Below, piece by piece: positions 24,611 to 32,283 of a DNA stretch of 40,776 nucleotides. Position numbers and translations under genes: made by a program. How positions within the stretch are numbered: the stretch's first letter is position 1; every line of letters starts with the position of its first letter. The stretch spans positions 21,890 through 62,665 of the forward strand of contig CAZRPR010000001.1 of the NCBI GenBank assembly GCA_964602125.1, read 5' to 3'. This stretch comes from an uncultured Candidatus Saccharibacteria bacterium (GTDB lineage: Bacteria; Patescibacteriota; Minisyncoccia; CAIUEV01). The notes under the pieces were generated by a model. The model saw only the letters and a list, made by a program, of their open reading frames with translations. It ran no database searches and was not told where the DNA came from.

Positions 24611-24661
24611 ATTTTAAATAAATGTTTTAATTCTCTGTTCTTTCAAACATTCGAATTAAAG

Positions 24662-24864
24662 AAACCCGCACGTCGGGATATAAGAATCTGTAGATAATGA
24701 GGTAATGCCTCTGTTTAAAAAACGTTACCTCGGGAGAGTTCCTAGAAAAAGGATATTTTGGTGCCGCTGGAATAATCCTCGGGAACCCTTCCCTCCCATC
24801 CAAAAGAGAGGGGAAGATTGTCTACAGCTTCATATACCCTGAACAGGCGGGTTTTTTGTTTTTT
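24662..24864 (+). ncRNA. Candidate structured ncRNA of unknown class (strand tentative)
   Basis: Relatively GC-rich island between two minus-strand genes. The 5' aaacccgc (24662-24669) pairs with the 3' gcgggttt (24847-24854). ctgtagataat (24688-24698) pairs with attgtctacag (24817-24827). Internal hairpins lie at 24699-24731, about 24738-24786 and 24788-24816. The closing helix is followed by ttttttgtttttt. Confidence 0.4.
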
Positions 24865-24932
24865 AAAAAATCTCAGTGTAATTACTTTTTTAAGATGATT
24901 TACTTTTTTAATTTTAGCAAACAATAAAAATT

Positions 24933-25808
24933 TTATTTTTTACCTGCCAACCCCTTAAGAATTTTTACCAACGCCCAGCCAGCTGTTAACAGAGAAGCTT
25001 TCGCGTAAGCACCATAAAAATTTTGTCCTGCTTTAAACCAAAAACGACCTAACCCGTTCCGCCAATATCTCAATCTTTTCAATTCGGGCAGTAGGGCAGT
25101 GCTATTTCCGTGCATATGCACCGCCGAAATATCCGCTAAAAAATAACTTCTGCCCCCCTCTTTAGCTAATCGGTAATTCAAATCCGCATCGTTAAAATAC
25201 AAAAAATAATGTTCGTGATCATCGAAACCTTTAAGTTCTTTCAGCTTGTCTGCTCTAAACAGTAGACAGCTGGCCATTGGCTGATCCACCTCACCACTCT
25301 TCGATGGAGAATAGAAAAAACGGTATTTTTTTCCTCCGGTTAAAAAGTCCGCCAGTAAAAAAAGAAAATTTCTCGGAAAAGGTCGACAAGAATACTGTTC
25401 TTTGCCATTTTCATATTTTAATTGAGGTGCTACGCAAGCATATTCTCTGTTGTTCTCTAAAAAAATTATCATTTCCAAAATCGCTTCCGTTGAGATAAAG
25501 ACATCTTGATTCAGAAGAAGTGTGAACTCACCACGACTTTTTTCCAATAAAAAATTGTTTGCCTTAGCAAAACCGGTGTTTTTCCCCTCACCAAAAAATT
25601 TCACTTTAGGAAAAATTTCCTTAATTTCCTGCAATTTTTCCTCTTTGAATCCATTGTTAAAAGCTAGAACTTCCCATTCATCCTGAAACAATTCGCCCGC
25701 TTCAGAGAACAAGGTTTCGAGGCATTTCTCGAAAATCCTCTCTCCAAAAAAAACAGGAATCAAAATAGACAACTTCTTTGGCTTCTTCATTCTTAATTTT
25801 AAGGCCAA
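24933..25808 (-). CDS. Family 2 glycosyltransferase
   Basis: 291 aa. LSILIPVF.., NNG.., NTGFAKANN and LLLNQDV are typical GT2 motifs (DxD-type). Confidence 0.8.
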   Translation of the reverse strand: MALKLRMKKPKKLSILIPVFFGERIFEKCLETLFSEAGELFQDEWEVLAFNNGFKEEKLQEIKEIFPKVKFFGEGKNTGFAKANNFLLEKSRGEFTLLLNQDVFISTEAILEMIIFLENNREYACVAPQLKYENGKEQYSCRPFPRNFLFLLADFLTGGKKYRFFYSPSKSGEVDQPMASCLLFRADKLKELKGFDDHEHYFLYFNDADLNYRLAKEGGRSYFLADISAVHMHGNSTALLPELKRLRYWRNGLGRFWFKAGQNFYGAYAKASLLTAGWALVKILKGLAGKK

Positions 25809-26101
25809 TTAAAGGGGTTTTTGCCTTCCGCATCAATAATTACCCCGTTTTTTAATTTTTCTCTCTCCGCCGTTCTTCTGGTTAATTCTTCCTTAATTTT
25901 TTTCTCCTTTTCCGGACTTAGATTTTCTTTATTAATCTCATTTTTAGGAATTTCTACACTGAAAAAAGAGCTTGATTCAAGGAAATAGGTTAATAAATAG
26001 CCGGCCCCCGATAAAAATATAATAAAAACCAAAATTGCCACCAACAAAGTTGTCCGCGGAAGCCAAGCTCTTACCATTTTTAGATTACAGTTGGTAGCCA
26101 T
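25799..26101 (-). CDS. Small hypothetical membrane protein (start uncertain)
   Basis: 100-aa ORF with one TM helix and a charged coiled tail. It overlaps the GT2 start by 10 nt. An alternative start is the internal MVRAW. Confidence 0.45.
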   Translation of the reverse strand: MATNCNLKMVRAWLPRTTLLVAILVFIIFLSGAGYLLTYFLESSSFFSVEIPKNEINKENLSPEKEKKIKEELTRRTAEREKLKNGVIIDAEGKNPFNWP

Positions 26102-26115
26102 AATTTGAGATTGCC

Positions 26116-26724
26116 TTAAAGACTATTACTAATTAAAATTATCGCCTTCATCTCCTCTCCCGCCTCCATCCCCGCTTCACCTGCTATCAAATCGGCCGGC
26201 GTCAGTTGCTTTGCCTTACTCAAATTAAGAGTGGCCAAGGCAATAGTTCGATTCGAATTTTCCACGTAGCGAATAAATTTCAAGATATTAAAAAAATTGC
26301 CTGAAACCTCCAAGCGAAGCCAAACCTCCTCATTTTTTTTGTCTTCCGTCTTTGGTTCAAGATTTTTTACTCCCACTTTTTTGACTTGAGGTTTTTCTCC
26401 CACTCCCGTTTTCAGCTCCACTCCGGTGTAAGAAGCTCCTTCTTCCAACTCTTTGATTAAATCTAAGGTAAGTCCACTATTCATCAAAGTTTTTTCAAAA
26501 AGCTCCTTCGTCTGTTTTATTTCCTCCAGGCTCTCCTTGATCTTCTCGAAAGATTCGAGTTGCTTTAAGGTTTCTTCATTATAAGTTTTCTTGTCTTCCA
26601 AGGCTATTTTTTCTTGTTTAATGCGTTGGAACAAATACCACGTGCCAAAAGAGGCCACCACCACAAAGGGGATCACCCACAAACAGAACACTCTCAACAG
26701 ACCGTAAACATTTTTCTTTTGCAT
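26116..26724 (-). CDS. PilO-like type IV pilus assembly protein
   Basis: 202 aa. N-terminal TM, coiled-coil, and C-terminal WLRLEVSGNFFNILKFIRYVENSNR.IALATLNL resembling the PilO core. Confidence 0.45.
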   Translation of the reverse strand: MQKKNVYGLLRVFCLWVIPFVVVASFGTWYLFQRIKQEKIALEDKKTYNEETLKQLESFEKIKESLEEIKQTKELFEKTLMNSGLTLDLIKELEEGASYTGVELKTGVGEKPQVKKVGVKNLEPKTEDKKNEEVWLRLEVSGNFFNILKFIRYVENSNRTIALATLNLSKAKQLTPADLIAGEAGMEAGEEMKAIILISNSL

Positions 26725-26784
26725 TTTTGTTATTTTTTCTTCTTGTTTTTTTACAATATCAGATTTTTTTGTTTTGTGGGATTA
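26724..26784. repeat. 61-bp perfect direct repeat, copy 1
   Basis: tttttgttattttttcttcttgtttttttacaatatcagatttttttgttttgtgggatta is identical to 28878-28938. It abuts the PilO-like start codon and contains the stop codon of the upstream gene. Confidence 0.95.
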
Positions 26785-28833
26785 AGCAAGGATTTTCATG
26801 ATAACGTTTTCCCATTTCAATTCATTATTACTAAAATTGTAATCCGCATCTCTTTTAGTAAGTAGTTTAAAATTTTTCTCAACGTCAAAAATCATCAACT
26901 CCATCTTGTTTTCTTCTTCTTTTCTTATAAGCAAAGCTATTTTTTTTGAATCTGGAGACCATAATAATTTGGTTTGGGAAATCGTCTCGTGATATTTAGC
27001 CGGATATTCTCTTTGGATAGAGAAAACCGTTTCTCCACTCCTATTTCCCACAGTAATACCATAATGATTGGAATAATTATACGCCGCAACCAACCGTCCG
27101 CTCGGAGACCATTCATAGCCAACTCCGTACTGTAATCGGCTAGTTGTTTTTCCACTCTCCGTATCAATTAAATAAGCGACCTCGCACTCAGTTCCACAAC
27201 CTGAATAAACTACGGCTTCTTTTTCATCAAGCCAGTTCCAATCAGAGGTGTGGTAATCGCCTGTATATATTTTTTTACGAATACTTTTCATAGTATCCAC
27301 AACTAATAATTCTGTTTTATCTTTATAAAATTCGTTTTCTTTTTGAGATTCCGAAGCAAAATATCCTATTCGGATATTCTTTGGAGAAATTTTCAAATGA
27401 CTTTTTTCCGTCTTATTGTCATCTAAAATAATTTCGTTGTCTTTCTCTTTTTTAATCAATTTATTATTTTTAATAAAGAACTCTATTCTTCTATCCGCTT
27501 CTACTATTTCCGCCGTTAAGGATGAAGATTGATTTATGGCAGAGAAAACAACAATAAAAAAAGTAGTTCCCAAACCCAAACAAATTGCTACGAAAAATAA
27601 AAATGTTATTTTTGAAAATCCTTCGTTACCCTTTCTTTTGAGCTCATAAAAAAGAGTATTCCCAATTTTTATTTTTAATTCAGCCTCAGGAGTTTTAGTC
27701 CAATAAGGAAAATCTATATAATCAGAAAAATAATGGTTAGCTCCATTTGTCGGATCCCTCAATCTATCATTGACTATCTTTCCTGCTATTTCATAGCACT
27801 GACGCCAAGAGGCTTCTTGGCTAGCATCTTCAAGCGGATTTTCAACAAAAATCCGATTTTTATCTTCTTTCTTAAAAGCATCAAATTGTTTATCCTGTAA
27901 AATTACTTCGTGATAGTTATTAGGCCACCCAATGCCATCGGTCACTCTATTTTTAATAACCCACCCAATAGCAGTTTTTCCTTTAGCTGAGAGGCTCCTG
28001 CCTTCTCCAAAAATGGCCCTTGCCAGAATCATTTGGTCGCTGTCGTCCTTGAAGTCTCCGGTCCATAGCGGATTATCCTCAGTAGGTGTTCTTAGGGTCT
28101 CCTCTGTTTCGCCTATTTTAATTCTAACTCGGGACAAATGGGGTGTTTTATCAGCCCATAGCTCTATGTAATGCAACTCTTGTGAAAGATTAAGATCTTC
28201 AGCAAACTCTTTCTCTTGTCCTTCAAGAATTTTTCCACACCAATACCAATTTCTGTACCACCATGTTTCTTTATTCTTAACTATTTTTCCATCTATAATA
28301 AGTTTTATGTCCTCCCCATCTCTTGCTTTTTTATCCGCAGAAGCTATGATTTCTAATCTTTTTAGGGAGATGTTAGCCAAAACAATTGCCATCCATGGTC
28401 TGCGATCCCCGTCTTGAGGAGGATTATTTATGTTTGTAGAATAAGAAAATTCCTTTTTTTCAGTTTGAGATATTTTAATATATTCCAAACGAGGGCTCTG
28501 GTCAGCAAAAAATTTCAGAAAGTGCTCGCCTTTTTCAAGATTAATTAATATCAAATTGGTTTTAGAAAGTCCCTTCAGCTCACCTCCATTCCAAGAGGCT
28601 TCTCCATTATACAACTTCTCTTTTCCATCTAATCTGGAAAAACTAATATTATCAACCTTGACCCAGAGATCATCGTCTTGAGAAAAAAATCTTCCCCCAA
28701 CAAAGTTCTGCCACCAACTTCGAGCATTGGCGACTATTTCTATGGAGTACAGCCCATCTTCATTAACCTCAAAACGATAATCAAATTCGTTGTCAACTTC
28801 GATGTCGAGTTGTTCTTCTTTGATAGTTTTCAA
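26782..28833 (-). CDS. Multidomain protein: N-terminal beta-sandwich-like region, SleB/CwlJ-type cell-wall hydrolase domain, TM helix, C-terminal TolB-like beta-propeller
   Basis: 683 aa. Hydrolase_2-like ILARAIFGEGRS....KTAIGWVIKNRV...WPN.YHEVI....QFDAF......NGANHYFS. TM segment ITFLFFVAICLGLGTTFFIVVFSAI. C-terminal WSP(S/D)G/WSPDSKKIALL propeller-type repeats. Confidence 0.6.
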   Translation of the reverse strand: MKTIKEEQLDIEVDNEFDYRFEVNEDGLYSIEIVANARSWWQNFVGGRFFSQDDDLWVKVDNISFSRLDGKEKLYNGEASWNGGELKGLSKTNLILINLEKGEHFLKFFADQSPRLEYIKISQTEKKEFSYSTNINNPPQDGDRRPWMAIVLANISLKRLEIIASADKKARDGEDIKLIIDGKIVKNKETWWYRNWYWCGKILEGQEKEFAEDLNLSQELHYIELWADKTPHLSRVRIKIGETEETLRTPTEDNPLWTGDFKDDSDQMILARAIFGEGRSLSAKGKTAIGWVIKNRVTDGIGWPNNYHEVILQDKQFDAFKKEDKNRIFVENPLEDASQEASWRQCYEIAGKIVNDRLRDPTNGANHYFSDYIDFPYWTKTPEAELKIKIGNTLFYELKRKGNEGFSKITFLFFVAICLGLGTTFFIVVFSAINQSSSLTAEIVEADRRIEFFIKNNKLIKKEKDNEIILDDNKTEKSHLKISPKNIRIGYFASESQKENEFYKDKTELLVVDTMKSIRKKIYTGDYHTSDWNWLDEKEAVVYSGCGTECEVAYLIDTESGKTTSRLQYGVGYEWSPSGRLVAAYNYSNHYGITVGNRSGETVFSIQREYPAKYHETISQTKLLWSPDSKKIALLIRKEEENKMELMIFDVEKNFKLLTKRDADYNFSNNELKWENVIMKILA

Positions 28834-28877
28834 GGGTATATATTAATTTCAAATTATTTTTTCAACTATCCCAGATT

Positions 28878-28938
28878 TTTTTGTTATTTTTTCTTCTTGT
28901 TTTTTTACAATATCAGATTTTTTTGTTTTGTGGGATTA
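28878..28938. repeat. 61-bp perfect direct repeat, copy 2
   Basis: Identical to 26724-26784. It lies 44 nt upstream of the start codon of the 26782-28833 gene (minus strand). Confidence 0.95.
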
Positions 28939-28995
28939 TTTTTTTAGGCGACAATAGGAACGTCAATCAAAAAAATAATTTTTAGTCGAAACTAA

Positions 28996-29700
28996 ATGCC
29001 AAAATTAATCATCGACATAGAAACGATAGGGGAGAACTTCGATTCCCTTGACGAAACAACCAAAAAGGCTTTGACCCGCTGGGTAAAAAAAGAGAATTTG
29101 CCGGAAAAAGATTATCAATCTGCCCTCGAGGAGATAAAAAACGGACTAGGTCTTTCACCTCTAACGGGGCAAATTTGTGCCATCGGTGTGCTGGATTGCG
29201 ACCAAAACAAAGGAGTGGTTTATTTTCAAGCCCCGGGAGAAAATTTGCCGGAATTTGAAGAAGGTAAATTTAAATTTAAACCGACGGATGAAAAAACCAT
29301 GCTGGAAAATTTCTGGGAGGGAGCCAAAAATTACGACACCTTTATCACTTTTAACGGTCGGGGTTTTGATGTTCCTTTTATTGTGGCTCGTTCCGCCGTT
29401 CATAATGTAAAAATCTCCAAAGATTTAATGAGTAATCGCTACCTCAACGGTCAGCGAGGGCCAGCCCACATTGATTTGCTTGACCAACTAAGCTTCTACG
29501 GTGCCGTTCGTAGGAGCAGCCTCCATCTTTGGTGTCGAGCCCTGGGGATCGAAAGCCCCAAGCAAGAAGGAGTGAACGGCGACGACGTAGGCCGACTATT
29601 CACCGAGAAAAAATTTATCGATATTGCCAAATACAACACCCGCGACCTCATCGCCACCCAGAAACTGTACGAAAAATGGCGAGACTTTATGGTCTGCTAA
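28996..29700 (+). CDS. RNase H-fold predicted 3'-5' exonuclease (PolB-exonuclease-like)
   Basis: 234 aa. ExoI-like IIDIET, ITFNG..FDVPF and the C-terminal YNTRDL motif, as in the COG3298-type predicted exonucleases. Confidence 0.6.
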   Translation: MPKLIIDIETIGENFDSLDETTKKALTRWVKKENLPEKDYQSALEEIKNGLGLSPLTGQICAIGVLDCDQNKGVVYFQAPGENLPEFEEGKFKFKPTDEKTMLENFWEGAKNYDTFITFNGRGFDVPFIVARSAVHNVKISKDLMSNRYLNGQRGPAHIDLLDQLSFYGAVRRSSLHLWCRALGIESPKQEGVNGDDVGRLFTEKKFIDIAKYNTRDLIATQKLYEKWRDFMVC

Positions 29701-29709
29701 AAAATAAAA

Positions 29710-29742
29710 AAGACCTCAAGTGAATTGTTCACTCAAGGTCTT
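29710..29742. terminator. Bidirectional terminator
   Basis: aagacctcaagtgaa-ttg-ttcactcaaggtctt (13 of 15 bp). It is followed by atgttttt on the plus strand and tttttatttt on the minus strand, between convergent genes. Confidence 0.65.
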
Positions 29743-29755
29743 ATGTTTTTGAATT

Positions 29756-30028
29756 TTATAGTGCCCTAGACACCCAGAGGACCATTAGTCCTAGCCAGAG
29801 AATAGCTCCTGCAACTGAAAAAAAATTTCTGCCAAAAACCAGGCTTTGAAAAATATATAGTCCGGCATTGACAATAGTCACGAGACACAAAAGCAGTTGG
29901 AAAGCCTTAATTTTTTCGAACTGCGGAGATAGAGTTGCCATTACAATCAAGGTGAAACCTAGAGAAACACCGAGAAAAATTGTTAAATTCAGCTTCTGCT
30001 CTCTATTTAATCCGGTTTCTTGAGTCAT
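29756..30028 (-). CDS. Small hypothetical membrane protein (3 TM)
   Basis: I used the internal ATG at 30028, which has a GGAG RBS 9 nt upstream. The longer tracked ORF (to 30154) would overlap the AAA gene by 100 nt. Confidence 0.5.
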   Translation of the reverse strand: MTQETGLNREQKLNLTIFLGVSLGFTLIVMATLSPQFEKIKAFQLLLCLVTIVNAGLYIFQSLVFGRNFFSVAGAILWLGLMVLWVSRAL

Positions 30029-30053
30029 AATGATTTTTCTCCTATTCCCCAGC

Positions 30054-31535
30054 TTAGCTAAAGCCGATAGTCTGTTTGGCTTTGCGTAAACTTTCGTATT
30101 CATTGATTTCTGAGAGGATATCTTTGGTTGAGACAAGGGTGGGATTTTCTCCATTACCGGTTTGACGAACTTTTTCCTCCAAGGTTCGACGAATAATTTC
30201 GGCTAGATCTGCTCCACTCATTCCTTTGGTCAAATTCACTATTGCCGGAACATCAATGCTGTTAAACAAACATCGCTTAGCTATCTTTTCCGCTTTGGCA
30301 AAATGAATTTTTAAGATATGCTCTCGACCTTCTTCATCAGGCAAAGGCACTTCCACTAACCGGTCAATGCGCCCGGGACGTTTTATAGCCGGATCAACCG
30401 CTTCCAATCGATTAGTTGAGGCAATAACGATTATGTTCTCCGCCGATTCCATGCCATCAAGATTTTGGAGTAGGGTGCTGACAACACGCTGGGTCGCTTC
30501 ATGGGAAGAGTCTCTTTGAGAGGCAATGGCGTCAATTTCATCAAAAAAGATAATACTCGGTCCACTTTTCTTAGCTAGATCGAAAACCGCTTGCATCTTT
30601 TTTTCCGATTCGCCGTACCACTTGGAAGTCATCTCCGAAAGTTTAATGTTGTAAAAATTCGCCTTCGCTTCGGTGGCCAGAGCTTTAGCCATTAAGGTTT
30701 TCCCCGTACCGGGAGGACCGAACAGTAAAACTCCCTTGGGCGGTTTAGTGCCCCATTCTCGATAAAGACCGGGGTTTTTCAGAGCAAAGGAAATGCCTTG
30801 GATTTCTTTTTTGCCCTTTTTTTGCCCTCCGATGTCTTTAAAGGAAATGCCGTAGTTCTCTCTTTCGATCACATTTTTAGGCTCTTCTCTTTTTGCTTCC
30901 CTTAAGATCACTTCCGGAAAAGATTCTCCAGATCTGAAATTTGCCATATCGGGCCTTATGCACAGTTTCATTGTCGGTGGTGCTCTATTATACTTTTCAT
31001 AAACACCGATTAAAACCGTTTCAATGATGTCGGCAAATCTATTCATATCCTTCTTGAAAGCTTCCTTATTGGAAATGACTTTGGGTGGAGTGGAAATAAA
31101 ATTAAATTCTTCCGTCTGAGGACCGACCGTAATCTCTATGGCCCCAATCGGATGATTCGTCGCGTGAATAACAAATTCCCAGCCTCCATTTCGATCGAGA
31201 ATAAAAATAGTTTTATCCACGATGGAAAGGCTGAAGCGTTCAGTAAGCCTCTCTTTGGGAATGGGAAGAATAACATTTTCGAGATCAAAAGGGGATTTAC
31301 TTCTGTTCTGTGGTAAAATAACGGCTCTCAATTTATATCTTGAGCCATCGCCACTGCCTTGAATAAAAATTTCTTTAGCCGGAAAACTGAGCGGGGCTCG
31401 TGTCAAACTATGATCTTTTCGGTAAACACCGCCCTCCATGCCGCGAAATTTTGGATTTGGTCGAGAAAATTGCCTGAAAAGTTTTTCCACTTCTTTAACT
31501 ACAACTCTGAATCCTTCCAGTCCATGCTTTTTCAT
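30054..31535 (-). CDS. AAA-family ATPase (classic CDC48/FtsH-like single AAA module, no protease domain) with an unknown 250-aa N-domain
   Basis: Walker A GPPGTGKT, Walker B IIFFDEID, the second region of homology ASTNR..VDPA..RPGR.D, and a C-terminal GMSGADL lid. Confidence 0.85.
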   Translation of the reverse strand: MKKHGLEGFRVVVKEVEKLFRQFSRPNPKFRGMEGGVYRKDHSLTRAPLSFPAKEIFIQGSGDGSRYKLRAVILPQNRSKSPFDLENVILPIPKERLTERFSLSIVDKTIFILDRNGGWEFVIHATNHPIGAIEITVGPQTEEFNFISTPPKVISNKEAFKKDMNRFADIIETVLIGVYEKYNRAPPTMKLCIRPDMANFRSGESFPEVILREAKREEPKNVIERENYGISFKDIGGQKKGKKEIQGISFALKNPGLYREWGTKPPKGVLLFGPPGTGKTLMAKALATEAKANFYNIKLSEMTSKWYGESEKKMQAVFDLAKKSGPSIIFFDEIDAIASQRDSSHEATQRVVSTLLQNLDGMESAENIIVIASTNRLEAVDPAIKRPGRIDRLVEVPLPDEEGREHILKIHFAKAEKIAKRCLFNSIDVPAIVNLTKGMSGADLAEIIRRTLEEKVRQTGNGENPTLVSTKDILSEINEYESLRKAKQTIGFS

Positions 31536-31643
31536 CGGAAAACCTCCTACCGAACGGTTAGCTATATGTTTTTGTTAAAGAGCTTTTTCCTTTTTTAGGT
31601 GGTAATTAATTATTAATACAAGAATAACGTTGTCAAAAAAAAT

Positions 31644-31731
31644 TGGCGGAGAGGCAGGGATTTGAACCCTGGGTACCTTGCGGTACACCGGTTTTCGAAA
31701 CCGGCGCCTTAAACCACTCAGCCACCTCTCC
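31644..31731 (-). tRNA. tRNA-Ser (anticodon CGA), CCA encoded
   Basis: Hand-folded: GGAGAGG-TG-D arm-G-CCGGT-TTCGAAA-ACCGG, long variable arm TGTACCGCAAGGTACC, then CAGGG-TTCAAAT-CCCTG-CCTCTCC-G-CCA. 88 nt. Confidence 0.9.
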
Positions 31732-31736
31732 AAAAT

Positions 31737-31819
31737 TGGTGGGTGATGCAGGAATCGAACCTGCGACCTTACGAATGTGAATCGTACGCTCCCTGCCTGC
31801 CGGCAGGCAGGTAACCAAC
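31737..31819 (-). pseudogene. 5'-truncated tRNA-Val(CAC)-like fragment with the 20-nt palindrome in its D-loop
   Basis: The minus-strand reading is GTTGGTTA + CCTGCCTGCCGGCAGGCAGG + GAGC-G-TACGA-TTCACAT-TCGTA-AGGTC-GCAGG-TTCGATT-CCTGC-ATCACCC-A-CCA. The 5' acceptor strand and 5' D-stem strand are absent. It abuts the CCA of the intact tRNA-Val with no spacer. Confidence 0.8.
31792..31811. repeat. 20-nt perfect palindrome CCTGCCTGCCGGCAGGCAGG
   Basis: Read directly. This is the only perfect copy. It sits between D-loop GGTTA and the 3' D-stem GAGC of the Val-like fragment. Confidence 0.95.
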
Positions 31820-31896
31820 TGGTGGACTTGAGAGGGCTCGAACCTCTGACCTCGGCGATGTGAACGCCGCGCTCTAACCAACTGAGCTACAAGTCC
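31820..31896 (-). tRNA. tRNA-Val (anticodon CAC), CCA encoded
   Basis: GGACTTG-TA-GCTC-AGTTGGTTA-GAGC-G-CGGCG-TTCACAT-CGCCG-AGGTC-AGAGG-TTCGAGC-CCTCT-CAAGTCC-A-CCA. 77 nt. Confidence 0.92.
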
Positions 31897-31912
31897 GATT
31901 ATTTTTTTTGAG

Positions 31913-31986
31913 TCGGAACGGCAGGATTCGAACCTGCGGTCTCAGGACCCCCAGCCCTGCGCATTAACCAACTATGCTACGCTCCG
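31913..31986 (-). tRNA. tRNA-Pro (anticodon GGG)
   Basis: CGGAGCG-TA-GCAT-AGTTGGTTA-ATGC-G-CAGGG-CTGGGGG-TCCTG-AGACC-GCAGG-TTCGAAT-CCTGC-CGTTCCG-A. 74 nt, no CCA. Confidence 0.88.
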
Positions 31987-31999
31987 AATTTTATTCCTG

Positions 32000-32072
32000 A
32001 GCCGTTAGCCGGACTTGAACCGGCGACCTACTCCTTACCATGGAGTTGCTCTACCAACTGAGCTACAACGGC
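32000..32072 (-). tRNA. tRNA-Thr (anticodon GGT)
   Basis: GCCGTTG-TA-GCTC-AGTTGGTA-GAGC-A-ACTCC-ATGGTAA-GGAGT-AGGTC-GCCGG-TTCAAGT-CCGGC-TAACGGC-T. 73 nt, no CCA. Confidence 0.9.
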
Positions 32073-32193
32073 AAATAAACTTATGCCAAATCCTAGCTTA
32101 TATTTTTCTCTTTCGCAAAAAAAATAATCTCGTTTAAACTTTTTTGTTTATAAATAAAAAAGGTCCGGGAGCTTATGAGACCAGAATATTGGC

Positions 32194-32221
32194 TTGACAA
32201 AACTGTTCTTGCCCCTAGAAT
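32194..32221 (+). promoter_or_regulatory. Sigma-70-type promoter for the 32284-32751 gene
   Basis: TTGACA (32194-32199), 16-nt spacer, TAGAAT (32216-32221). An AGGAGG RBS lies 9 nt before the ATG. Confidence 0.7.
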
Positions 32222-32283
32222 AAAGAGTCGACGAAAAATTCGATAATGTTCTTTAACCAACAAAGACAAGGAGGTCTTGTTCA

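Noticed and set aside
24742-24924. 60-aa minus-strand ORF in the GT2-ruvX spacer
   Set aside because: It has no RBS, an odd composition and overlaps the paired helices of the candidate structured RNA. It is judged spurious.
29756-30154. Full 132-aa version of the small membrane ORF
   Set aside because: Its first 42 codons overlap the 3' end of the AAA ATPase gene. An internal ATG at 30028 with a GGAG RBS gives a cleaner gene model.
31633-31881. 82-aa minus-strand ORF
   Set aside because: It runs straight through tRNA-Ser, the tRNA-Val fragment and tRNA-Val. The region is fully explained by tRNA cloverleaves.
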